A stretch of DNA of 64,000 nt. Origin: an uncultured Ferruginibacter sp. (GTDB lineage: Bacteria > Bacteroidota > Bacteroidia > Chitinophagales > Chitinophagaceae). Location of the stretch: assembly GCA_964494815.1 (NCBI GenBank), contig CAZBTD010000003.1:4760-68759 (forward strand), read 5' to 3'. Below, piece after piece: positions 48,262 through 56,949 of the stretch (positions are counted from its first letter, which is position 1; each line of letters starts with the position of its first letter). The position numbers were made by a program, and so were the translations under genes. Under the pieces are notes generated by a model, which was not told the DNA's origin, did not search any database, and saw only the letters and a list, made by a program, of their open reading frames with translations.

Positions 48262-49566
48262 TTAATGGTTCCCGGAAACGCTTTTGCTGTGTTGCAGATA
48301 ATACCGCCTAAAGTTTACTGCATCTACCAAATAAATAAACACAAAGCCCACCATTGTGGCAATGGGAAAAATTATAATATCAAAGCCCATTATTTTATTT
48401 AGTAAAAAACAACAACCCAGCCATGCCAGTACTCCGGCAACATAAGACCAAAGCCTGTCCATATTCTTTTGCACAATCATATACACATTTGAGAATACAG
48501 AAAAGCTGCTCATCCAGCCTACCCACAACATCCATTGTGCGGCTGCGGTGGCTTCAATATAATTGGGTAATAAATTACTTATAAAGAAAGGAAGCAAAAA
48601 CCAACCAGCCACCGCCACCACTAAATTGGCAGTAGCAGATACCAGCACCGGCTTTAGGGGAATTTTAAGCAGGTGTATAAAATCTTCTTTTTGCCCCCAC
48701 GCAAAAGCCATACGTGGAAAGCTTACACTGCTAATTGCATTTGTCAGCGTTTTCATTGCTGTTTCTACTATTGCCGCCAATGAAAATAAACCCAATGCCC
48801 GGGTACCTCCCATGCTTACAATTACAGTACGCTGCACCATTGGCCATAGCGAATAAATATTGGCCACCCAATAAATGGGAAAGCCTACTTTCATCAACTC
48901 ATTAAACACTGGTTTGTTCCAATGCTGTTTCACTTTTATTGGACGCCAGTGATAGGCTAAAGCAAGATCAACCACCACAGCAATAACGGCTCGTATACAC
49001 AAACCGTAAAACTTAAACCTCCAAACCAAAAAAATTGTAACAAACAACACTACTGCATTAATAATATCAATAGTGGTAAGCCTGTTAAAATCATTATTGG
49101 ATCGATACAGGATTTTTAAATATTTAGTTACATATAATCCCTGGAATGAAGTGAGGCCTACAACAAAAACGCCTGCGGCCATCTCATAATTTTTTGCAAT
49201 AAGAAAATAAGCAGTCACTACAACAGACAATGCAATACATGCGATGCCTGTAACCAATCCCCATTGGTTAGCAGATGCTGCACTGTCAAGCGCTTTCTGC
49301 TCTTCCTTTTTGCCCATATAAAATGGGAGCTGCCTGCTAAGGCCGCTTGGCACACCTAACTGTATCAGAATAATATAACTGGTAATTACATTAAAGCTGG
49401 TGAACAAACCAAGCTCTTGCGGCAACAACCATTTTGCCACCAGCAAACCAGATATAATGGTAAGTGCATTGGTAAGTAAGCTTGCTGCACTCATAAAAGC
49501 CACCATTCTGCCAGAGCTGTTTTTGTCTTTTATACTGGCAATTATACCTGATGCCTGCTTTATCAA
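48262..49566 (-). CDS. wzx: Wzx flippase
   Basis: About 12 TM; AKWLLPQELG, ELMKVGFP, LGLFSLA; TTG start. Confidence 0.85.
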   Translation of the reverse strand: MIKQASGIIASIKDKNSSGRMVAFMSAASLLTNALTIISGLLVAKWLLPQELGLFTSFNVITSYIILIQLGVPSGLSRQLPFYMGKKEEQKALDSAASANQWGLVTGIACIALSVVVTAYFLIAKNYEMAAGVFVVGLTSFQGLYVTKYLKILYRSNNDFNRLTTIDIINAVVLFVTIFLVWRFKFYGLCIRAVIAVVVDLALAYHWRPIKVKQHWNKPVFNELMKVGFPIYWVANIYSLWPMVQRTVIVSMGGTRALGLFSLAAIVETAMKTLTNAISSVSFPRMAFAWGQKEDFIHLLKIPLKPVLVSATANLVVAVAGWFLLPFFISNLLPNYIEATAAAQWMLWVGWMSSFSVFSNVYMIVQKNMDRLWSYVAGVLAWLGCCFLLNKIMGFDIIIFPIATMVGFVFIYLVDAVNFRRYYLQHSKSVSGNH

Positions 49567-50207
49567 TTTGCTTTGTTTCTGTATTGTTCTATCAAAGGGA
49601 GCAGTTTATCAAAAATTTGCTGGTGGCCTTTTTCATTCATGTGATGATGATCGCCAATGATCCCATCTCTTGAAAAATTGCTGTTATCTATATACAGTGA
49701 ATGCTTACTGAGTATTGAATTGTACAGTTCTATTTTTTTTGAAATGCCCGGAACTTTTTTATCATATGCTTCACAACCCGGCAATATTCCTATACTGATA
49801 AAAGGCTTGCCGGGAAAACTGTTTTTAATTTTGAGCAGCGTTGCTTCAAATTGTTTTGGCTTTGTATAAGTAAGGTTGCGATGCTTCCTTAAAAATTTTG
49901 TGAATGGATGTACCAACCGAAATATCCGCAACTTAATAACTATCTGCTGCTCCAGCTGCCCAAGTGCCCGTGGTGCACAATCAACAATGCCTGATTGTAA
50001 AATAACCACGTCAGGATTTGTTTCTTTGTAATAATTTAATGACAAGTACAGTTGCTCAATAGTAGCACCGCCCATTGCCATCAATATAAATTCAGCCCCT
50101 GGAAATTGCTTGCGGAGTTTATTGAAATAAATATCTTCCCACAAAACGGTGCCGCCTTCATACCTCCGTGGCAGGGATAATGAATCAGTAATTAAAAGAA
50201 CTTTCAC
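49563..50207 (-). CDS. SGNH/GDSL hydrolase family protein
   Basis: TDSL block I, GGAT block II, GIVD block III, DHHH block V; GTG start. Confidence 0.78.
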   Translation of the reverse strand: MKVLLITDSLSLPRRYEGGTVLWEDIYFNKLRKQFPGAEFILMAMGGATIEQLYLSLNYYKETNPDVVILQSGIVDCAPRALGQLEQQIVIKLRIFRLVHPFTKFLRKHRNLTYTKPKQFEATLLKIKNSFPGKPFISIGILPGCEAYDKKVPGISKKIELYNSILSKHSLYIDNSNFSRDGIIGDHHHMNEKGHQQIFDKLLPLIEQYRNKAN

Positions 50208-51254
50208 TTAGTTTTTAATATCTTCTAACGAAAGCGGCGTTCCTCTTTCTATATCTTTTGTTACAGGCTTGCCCAAAATCTGTTTGTAATATTTTGGGTG
50301 AAGGCCATAGCCCGGCCTTATTGAACGTACATTTCTTTCCGTAATCACTTCACCTGCTTTAATATCTTCCACTACAAATAAAGAACGGGCAAACTTCCTG
50401 TTCTTCTGTACTTTTTCCGGCACTTCGTAACTCACTTTGCCAAGCGCCAGTTCTGCATTTCGTACATCAGTTACCAACGAAGCAAATTCCGTAGGGTCTA
50501 ATGAAAACTCTGCATCTGGACCTCCAATAGATTTATCAAGTATAAAATGCTTTTCAATCACTTTGCCACCTAAAGCAGTTGCCACCACAGGCACTGTATT
50601 GCCCATAGTATGATCGCTTAAGCCAACCATTACATTAAACCTGCTTTTAAGATCAACCATTGTTTTAAGATTGGCTAATTCAACAGGTGCCGGGTAAGAT
50701 GATGTACATTTTAATAAAATAATTTGTTGATTGCCTGCACTGCGGCATGTATCTACTGCTAACTGCACATCTTCTTCTGTAGCAATCCCTGTACTGATGA
50801 TCATCGGCTTGCCTTTTGACGCCGCATATTCAATTAATGGAATATCCTGTATTTCAAACGATGCAATTTTATGTGCCGGTGCATTTAATTCTTCCAGCAG
50901 ATCAACTGCTGTTTTATCAAATGGGCTGCTGAAACAAATTAGCCCTTCTGCCTTTGCTGCTGCAAATAGTTCTTTGTGCCACTCCCAAGGTGTGTACGCT
51001 TCCTTATACAGGCTGTACAAGGTTTTGCCATCCCACAAAGTGCCATGCCCTATTTGAAAATATTCTTTATCACTGTCAATAGTAAGTGTATCTGGTGTGT
51101 ACGTCTGCAGTTTAATAGCATCTGCACCAGCAGCCTTTGCTGCTTTTATAGTATCTAATGCAATCTGCTTATCCTGGTTGTGGTTGGCGCTTAACTCAGC
51201 AATGATAAATGTTTTGCTGCTGTCGCTTATTTCAAATCCACCAATATTAATCAT
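50208..51254 (-). CDS. pseI: Pseudaminic acid synthase
   Basis: IIAELSANH, KLQTYT.DT, TPWEWH, KIASFE, KCTSSYP, SDH, EKH, SIRPGYGLHP. Confidence 0.93.
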   Translation of the reverse strand: MINIGGFEISDSSKTFIIAELSANHNQDKQIALDTIKAAKAAGADAIKLQTYTPDTLTIDSDKEYFQIGHGTLWDGKTLYSLYKEAYTPWEWHKELFAAAKAEGLICFSSPFDKTAVDLLEELNAPAHKIASFEIQDIPLIEYAASKGKPMIISTGIATEEDVQLAVDTCRSAGNQQIILLKCTSSYPAPVELANLKTMVDLKSRFNVMVGLSDHTMGNTVPVVATALGGKVIEKHFILDKSIGGPDAEFSLDPTEFASLVTDVRNAELALGKVSYEVPEKVQKNRKFARSLFVVEDIKAGEVITERNVRSIRPGYGLHPKYYKQILGKPVTKDIERGTPLSLEDIKN

Positions 51255-52111
51255 TGTAAAATTTTTCCTTTTGTTAAATGTTCCCTTCCTTCACGAATGC
51301 TGGTAAGCGCTATGGCGCCATTGCTTGTCTTTACAATTACAAATGGTAACATAGATAAAATTGTTCCATTTGCATCTGTATCATTAAATCCATAATCGCT
51401 GAACCCGACTGCATCAATCACCACTTTATTATTGCCTGCAAAACAAAAAGCACCAGGATAAGGATATGCCTGCGCCCTTACCCAATTTTGTATCCTTTCT
51501 TTTTGCCATTGCCAATTTATACCGCCATCTTCCGGTGTACGCTTGCTGAAATATGTTGCCTTACTGTTATCCTGAGGTGTTCTTCGTATTGCATTATTTT
51601 CAACAGCCGCTATTACTTCCATCACCATTGCCGGATAAACCGCTTCGTATTTTTTTAAAACCCCGGCGCCTGTATCGTTTTTATCTATATGAATTTCTTT
51701 TTGTAAAACAATATCACCTGTATCGCATCCATCATCAATGATATGTGCTGTTACGCCAGTTTTTGTTTCGTTGTTAATGATTGCCCACACATGGGGTGTA
51801 CGTCCACGGTATTTTGGCAAAAGACTACCGTGAAAATTCACGGGATATTTTACCTGTTCAATCACATCTTTCTCAACAATAAATAAATAGTTTACTGAAA
51901 GCAGCAGGTCAATATTATATTGCTGCATAAAAGCAGCCAGCTTGCCTTGGCGTGGGTTGCCTTTAAAAACAGGGATATTTTTTTCAGCAGCGTATTCAAT
52001 AATCGTAGCTGAGCCACTATCTGTTGCAATAAACTGCGGTGATATTTTTTCTGCACAGGCTTTTATAACTGTAAGCCCAAGGTTACCCGATGCTAAAAAA
52101 GCTATTGTCAA
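51251..52111 (-). CDS. Sugar N-formyltransferase (Fmt-like) at the pseH position
   Basis: VNFHGSLLPKYRG, GCDTGD, YPYPGA; between pseG and pseI with overlapping stops/starts. Confidence 0.85.
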   Translation of the reverse strand: MTIAFLASGNLGLTVIKACAEKISPQFIATDSGSATIIEYAAEKNIPVFKGNPRQGKLAAFMQQYNIDLLLSVNYLFIVEKDVIEQVKYPVNFHGSLLPKYRGRTPHVWAIINNETKTGVTAHIIDDGCDTGDIVLQKEIHIDKNDTGAGVLKKYEAVYPAMVMEVIAAVENNAIRRTPQDNSKATYFSKRTPEDGGINWQWQKERIQNWVRAQAYPYPGAFCFAGNNKVVIDAVGFSDYGFNDTDANGTILSMLPFVIVKTSNGAIALTSIREGREHLTKGKILQ

Positions 52112-53076
52112 GCTGCTAAATTTTTAAACAGGTTAAGCAATCTTGTTCCTGATAAACCATCAATTATATTTTTTGCAAGAGAGGGTTGTTTATTAATATT
52201 CTGTTCCAGCACAGATTGCATATTTGTAAAGCCCTGCATATCTACGATTGCATTCAGCGCTTTAAAGCCATTATAAATTGACAATTGGTTATCTACATAA
52301 TAACCAGAAAAAGCAACACAACCTGTGGCAAGTACCTCAAACAAAATACCACTTGCAGGTACAATGGCTGCATCGCAATGCTGCATTAACAGGAGCATTT
52401 CTTTTTCATTTAATGACTGGTGCAGTTGTATACGTTTATCTGTTTTAATGAGCGCCGATAAGCTGTCTGCATATGCATAAGCTACTCCAGCCACCACATG
52501 AATTTCTTTTAATTGTTTTATTGAAGTTGCAGCAGTAAGCGCTGCATATGTTAAGTTTTTACTATCGGCCCCGCCAAAACAAATCATTATTGTTTCAACC
52601 CGGTTAACTTCTCTTTTACTTTTTGCTGCAGTTAAAAAAGGAGAACGCAACAAAGCATACTCAACCCCCAATGCAAATGCAGTGTAACGCTGCGCCCTGT
52701 AATTATTTTTATTTACACCAGGTGCATGATTAATAATGAGATCGGCAAAAAATTCCTTGTCGTGCAAATCATCAATACAAACCAATTTTGCTTGTTTTTC
52801 TTTTATTTGCTTTTGATAAGCTGCATCAAAACCATATCCATCAGTTACCACAATTTTTTTATCGTCAATGCAACTAAAGAAATTTTCTTCACTGTCTATC
52901 ATTTTCAAAAAGAACCCCTGTTGCAGAACAGTTGTCTTAATTTTTTCGGGCAATTCCCTGCAATAAAAAATAATACTGAAATTATCTTTCAGTATTTCGG
53001 CAAGCGCTATACAGCGGACAACATGTCCTAATCCAATCGTTGCGCCGGCATCTGCCCTGATAAAAATCTCCTGCAT
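52108..53076 (-). CDS. pseG: UDP-2,4-diacylamido-2,4,6-trideoxy-beta-L-altropyranose hydrolase
   Basis: IRADAGATIGLGHVVRC, TDGY, IDD, YALLR, FGGAD, VDNQ. Start moved to ATG 53076. Confidence 0.9.
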   Translation of the reverse strand: MQEIFIRADAGATIGLGHVVRCIALAEILKDNFSIIFYCRELPEKIKTTVLQQGFFLKMIDSEENFFSCIDDKKIVVTDGYGFDAAYQKQIKEKQAKLVCIDDLHDKEFFADLIINHAPGVNKNNYRAQRYTAFALGVEYALLRSPFLTAAKSKREVNRVETIMICFGGADSKNLTYAALTAATSIKQLKEIHVVAGVAYAYADSLSALIKTDKRIQLHQSLNEKEMLLLMQHCDAAIVPASGILFEVLATGCVAFSGYYVDNQLSIYNGFKALNAIVDMQGFTNMQSVLEQNINKQPSLAKNIIDGLSGTRLLNLFKNLAA

Positions 53077-53077
53077 T

Positions 53078-53533
53078 TTATAGCGCCGGGATTTTAAATA
53101 CCAGCTTTCGTACCATGCCTGTATTTTCATACAGGGCCATATGTGCAAGTTCGTTTGGGATAAAACAGAAAGTATTTTCTTCTACTGTTACCATATTTAT
53201 CGGCTCTTCGTCATACAATACGTAATCGCCATCATCAACATATTCTTTGTTGACTTTAGCACAGCCTGCAACAGGCTTATAACTTATGGTGTCTTTTCCA
53301 TTGATTGTAAAATGAAGATCATTAAAAACTTTATGTGCTTCCAGCAGGTTTTTGTTTTGTGCACCACTTTCGGCCTGTATGGCAATAACTGTTACTCCAT
53401 TATCAAGCACAGCTTTTTCTGCATGCTTCATACCGCTAATCTTTTCCTTCTCTAAAAGAAATTCAGTAATAGTGTTGGCAAAATGCTTTCTGCCTTCGCA
53501 GAAAATATCATCAATATGCTTTGAAACTATCAT
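53078..53533 (-). CDS. YhcH/YjgK/YiaL (NanQ-like, DUF386) protein
   Basis: LEAHKVFNDLHF..GKD, Y...GD, F..PNELAH, RKLVFKI. Confidence 0.75.
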   Translation of the reverse strand: MIVSKHIDDIFCEGRKHFANTITEFLLEKEKISGMKHAEKAVLDNGVTVIAIQAESGAQNKNLLEAHKVFNDLHFTINGKDTISYKPVAGCAKVNKEYVDDGDYVLYDEEPINMVTVEENTFCFIPNELAHMALYENTGMVRKLVFKIPAL

Positions 53534-55308
53534 ATGATTTTTGTTTCCCTGTTTAAAGTGGCAATTAAATCTGCATCAGTTTTATACCGCACCGATATCT
53601 GGCTGTTGATAGCAGACACACCGGGCGTGGCATCTAAAAATGTATAAATATCCCTTAGTGAGAAGTTCGTAATTCCTTTGTCAGAAAAATGCTTGTGAAT
53701 GGCATTGAACATATCCAAATCTTCCTGGTGGTCAAGCGTCATCCTGTAATCTCGTACCAGTTCTGCAGGCAACTCCACAAAATGCAAATGAAAATGTTCA
53801 GGGTTGTTCTGGAAATACCAGGTCATATACTCAGAATAATTAGCCGCTGTAAAATATTGTTTTATTTTTTGCAATGCCTGCACATTCATTATTTCAAGAT
53901 TGGTGCCTACGGCTGCATGTTTTGCAACTGTATAATCTGCACCCGAAGCAAAATGTTCTTTCAAAAGAATCTGGCAAACTTCGTTATCGATAAAAGGGTT
54001 ATCTGCCGTTACTCTCACAATCACATCCACTTTTAATTGCTCTGCAATATCGAGATACCTTCTTATTACATCATCCGGATCTCCTTTGTGAAATATTACG
54101 CTATCGCTGTAAGTATAGTTTTTCAACTCTGCATCCTGGTCTAATACGGATGTTGCCAGTATAGTATGATTGATATTTTCAAATTTAAGTGCACTGGCAA
54201 TGCAATATTCCACCGATGTGAGATTCCCAATTTTAAGCAACGCTTTTTTTACCAGTCGTGATGATTTTAACCGACAGGCGATGACAGTAGCAACAGTGGC
54301 TTTTTTAAAATCTTCCTGCTGCAAAGTTTCACCTTGTTTTTTTTCTGTCGCCAATACATGCCATTCGTTTTGTAAACTTTCAATTTGTTTTACATTCAGC
54401 CCTGCAGTGCCCGATCTTCTGAACATGGCATCTTTTTTCAAACTAATCCCTGTCCCTTTTGCTTTGTTTTTATTAAGCAAGGGTATCATTAATGTATTTT
54501 CTAAATATTTTTTTTCCTTATCATTAATAAACGGCATTTGAAAAAGGCCTGTATATTTTTTTACTTCCGCAACCATATGCTTGTAGCGCTCTGGTGTAAG
54601 GCTCGAAAAATGGTCGTACTTTGTTTCTCTTGTTGAAAGCATCACATGTTTTTCAATATATTCAACACCGCATATTGCTGCTGCAACAGGCAACCCTATT
54701 GCATCATCAAGTTTTCCATCCACATGATCTGCAAATACAAGTTTATTTGAAAAATGCTTTCGCAATATTTCAACCTTGCTTAACCCTGAGTCTTCAAAAG
54801 AAGTGGGATAAGCCTGGTAGCCAAACTCAAGTAAAATTTCCTTTGGATTCAATTCTGCCTCCACTCTTTCTATTATTTTTTTTACATCTTCAACAGACTG
54901 GGCAGCTACATTTAGTATCACTTTTTTTTGAGTAAGATCAGAAGACGACAATGCATCAAACACCTCGTAATTATACAATACAGAACTTTGAAACTTTATA
55001 CCGTGTATAAGATTGATTTGTTCTTTTAATACCTGTACACCATACTCATCAAAAATATCAAGCCACACGTCTTTTGTTGCGGCTGCTTTTTTAATTACAC
55101 CTGACCATTGCGTATTAGTAAAATGAAGTTCGTGGTAAATTTTATATGCAGAAAAATCAGGCGTTGCAATTTTGTCGGGGTGAAAAGCCTGGAATTTGAT
55201 GCCGAAATTTCCTTTGAGTTCAGTAAAAGAATCAATCAATTCTTCAAGATACTCAAAACTGCCACCATGTGTGTTGGCTACTTCAATAATATGATAAGGA
55301 GTATTCAT
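53530..55308 (-). CDS. Fusion of a divergent NeuB-like synthase (with SAF-like linker) and an SpsF/PseF-like cytidylyltransferase
   Basis: N-half IIEVANTHGG, IKFQ, AYP, ADH, IEKH, YDH; C-half ACRLKSSRL.KK, GDPDDV..RY, RVTADNP, RMTLD..ED. Confidence 0.85.
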   Translation of the reverse strand: MNTPYHIIEVANTHGGSFEYLEELIDSFTELKGNFGIKFQAFHPDKIATPDFSAYKIYHELHFTNTQWSGVIKKAAATKDVWLDIFDEYGVQVLKEQINLIHGIKFQSSVLYNYEVFDALSSSDLTQKKVILNVAAQSVEDVKKIIERVEAELNPKEILLEFGYQAYPTSFEDSGLSKVEILRKHFSNKLVFADHVDGKLDDAIGLPVAAAICGVEYIEKHVMLSTRETKYDHFSSLTPERYKHMVAEVKKYTGLFQMPFINDKEKKYLENTLMIPLLNKNKAKGTGISLKKDAMFRRSGTAGLNVKQIESLQNEWHVLATEKKQGETLQQEDFKKATVATVIACRLKSSRLVKKALLKIGNLTSVEYCIASALKFENINHTILATSVLDQDAELKNYTYSDSVIFHKGDPDDVIRRYLDIAEQLKVDVIVRVTADNPFIDNEVCQILLKEHFASGADYTVAKHAAVGTNLEIMNVQALQKIKQYFTAANYSEYMTWYFQNNPEHFHLHFVELPAELVRDYRMTLDHQEDLDMFNAIHKHFSDKGITNFSLRDIYTFLDATPGVSAINSQISVRYKTDADLIATLNRETKII

Positions 55309-55317
55309 TTTATACTT

Positions 55318-56100
55318 TTACTTTGATGTCCAGCCCCCGTCAACAATAATATTTTGCCCCGTAATAAAATCAGATGCGTTTGAAGAAAGAAAAACAAAGG
55401 CGCCGGCAAGGTCTTCTGGCTTACCTATTTTATTGAGTGCTGTTTTATTTTTCAGTTCTTCAATAAAACCCTCTGCTTTCTGCACTTCTGCTGAGGGAAA
55501 AGGCCCGGGTGTAACAGCATTTACCGTAATGCCGTCTTTTCCAAGAAAATTGGCGTAGTATTTTGTGAGTTGTATCACACCTGCCTTTGCTGCGCCATAG
55601 TGCGGAGGATTTAAATAAGCAGGAAAATTATCATACACTGCAAAATCTGGCGACACCATGCCATACATAGAAGATACATTGATGATTTTACCAGAACCAT
55701 TTTTTTTGAAGCAGGGGATAATACCCTTAATGCAACGAAACACATTGCTCAATGTACCATCAATACCCAATGCAAAATCCTCATCGCTCATTGCTTCTGG
55801 TGACTGGCCTTTTGAATAGAATGCGTTATTGATTAACACATCTATCCTGCCTTGCTCAGCAGCTATTTTTTTAAACACATTTTCTATTGATGATGACAAT
55901 GCCACATCGCAATTGCTGAAAAAAATATTTTCTTTTGCCTTAACCTCTCCAAATGCTGCATTAAATTTTTCTTTGCTCCTGCCAAGTACAAATACGGTGG
56001 CGCCATGAAAGGCAAGGCTTTCGGTAATAGCTTTTCCGAGATAACCATAACCACCGGTTATGAGAATTATTTTTCCATTAAGATCAAATGTATGTACCAT
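55318..56100 (-). CDS. SDR oxidoreductase (PtmA-like)
   Basis: TGGYGYLG, NNA, SSMYG, YGAAK, ITGQNIIVDGGW. Confidence 0.88.
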   Translation of the reverse strand: MVHTFDLNGKIILITGGYGYLGKAITESLAFHGATVFVLGRSKEKFNAAFGEVKAKENIFFSNCDVALSSSIENVFKKIAAEQGRIDVLINNAFYSKGQSPEAMSDEDFALGIDGTLSNVFRCIKGIIPCFKKNGSGKIINVSSMYGMVSPDFAVYDNFPAYLNPPHYGAAKAGVIQLTKYYANFLGKDGITVNAVTPGPFPSAEVQKAEGFIEELKNKTALNKIGKPEDLAGAFVFLSSNASDFITGQNIIVDGGWTSK

Positions 56101-56103
56101 CTT

Positions 56104-56949
56104 TTATGCTTTGGGCCAGCAGGAAGGCATTAAAATATTTTCAGGAACAGTTGCTTCCATTACCGGTAATGCTACTGATAAAATTGTTTCAGCTGCAGCA
56201 ATATTTTGTTTTAGCTGTGCCAGGTTTTCAACGCCAGTTACTACTTTATCAATAAAGAATTTTTTTAGTACAAATTGTAATAATGCTGCAGGCAATAATT
56301 CTTTCAACGATTGCAGTGCCGTAATCAGTGGTTTTACTGTATCAAAAAAATCCGGCAGTGTGCCCGGATCTTTAAATAGTAAGCCCTGTAAAAAAGCGGA
56401 ACGGGCATGTATTTCACAACCTTGTTTTTTTAATTGTATAGCAAGGGTTTCAAATCTTCTGTCTAAATAATTAAACGGAATCTGTATTAACTCCGGTACA
56501 AAACCTTTACTTAAAAGTGTTTCCAGTTCCTGTGTGGTATTGAGAGAAAAACCAATTTTTTTTACCAGTCCCTTTGCTTGTATTTCTTTCATAGTTTCCC
56601 ACTGGCCGGCATCATTAATTATTTCTTCGGGGCGATGGGACAAATAACCGTACAAAGAAGAAACGCCTAAATCGGCTAGTGTTTTTGAAAGTTGGGTTTC
56701 AATGGCTCCGAATTTTGAAGGGCTGATAAATTTTGAGACAATAGAAAAACCATTCAAATCATTTTTACCAAGCACTTCTTCTGCATTGCCGTATGCCGCA
56801 GCTGAATCAATCGTTGTAATACCGTTTCCTTTAGCTTCTGCAAGAATAAGGGATACCTCCTTTGCACTTGTTTGCCCATGTGTATTTGAAATGCCATACA
56901 CTAAACCAAACTGTACCGATCCTAATGCCAGCTTTGTTTTACCCTGCAT
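56104..56949 (-). CDS. Aldo/keto reductase
   Basis: LGSVQFGLVYG, DSAAAYGNAE, SK, KIGFS, ARSAFLQG. Confidence 0.88.
   Translation of the reverse strand: MQGKTKLALGSVQFGLVYGISNTHGQTSAKEVSLILAEAKGNGITTIDSAAAYGNAEEVLGKNDLNGFSIVSKFISPSKFGAIETQLSKTLADLGVSSLYGYLSHRPEEIINDAGQWETMKEIQAKGLVKKIGFSLNTTQELETLLSKGFVPELIQIPFNYLDRRFETLAIQLKKQGCEIHARSAFLQGLLFKDPGTLPDFFDTVKPLITALQSLKELLPAALLQFVLKKFFIDKVVTGVENLAQLKQNIAAAETILSVALPVMEATVPENILMPSCWPKA

Noticed and set aside
51251-52111. Housekeeping methionyl-tRNA formyltransferase
   Set aside because: It lacks the FMGTP N-terminus typical of Fmt and overlaps pseG and pseI.
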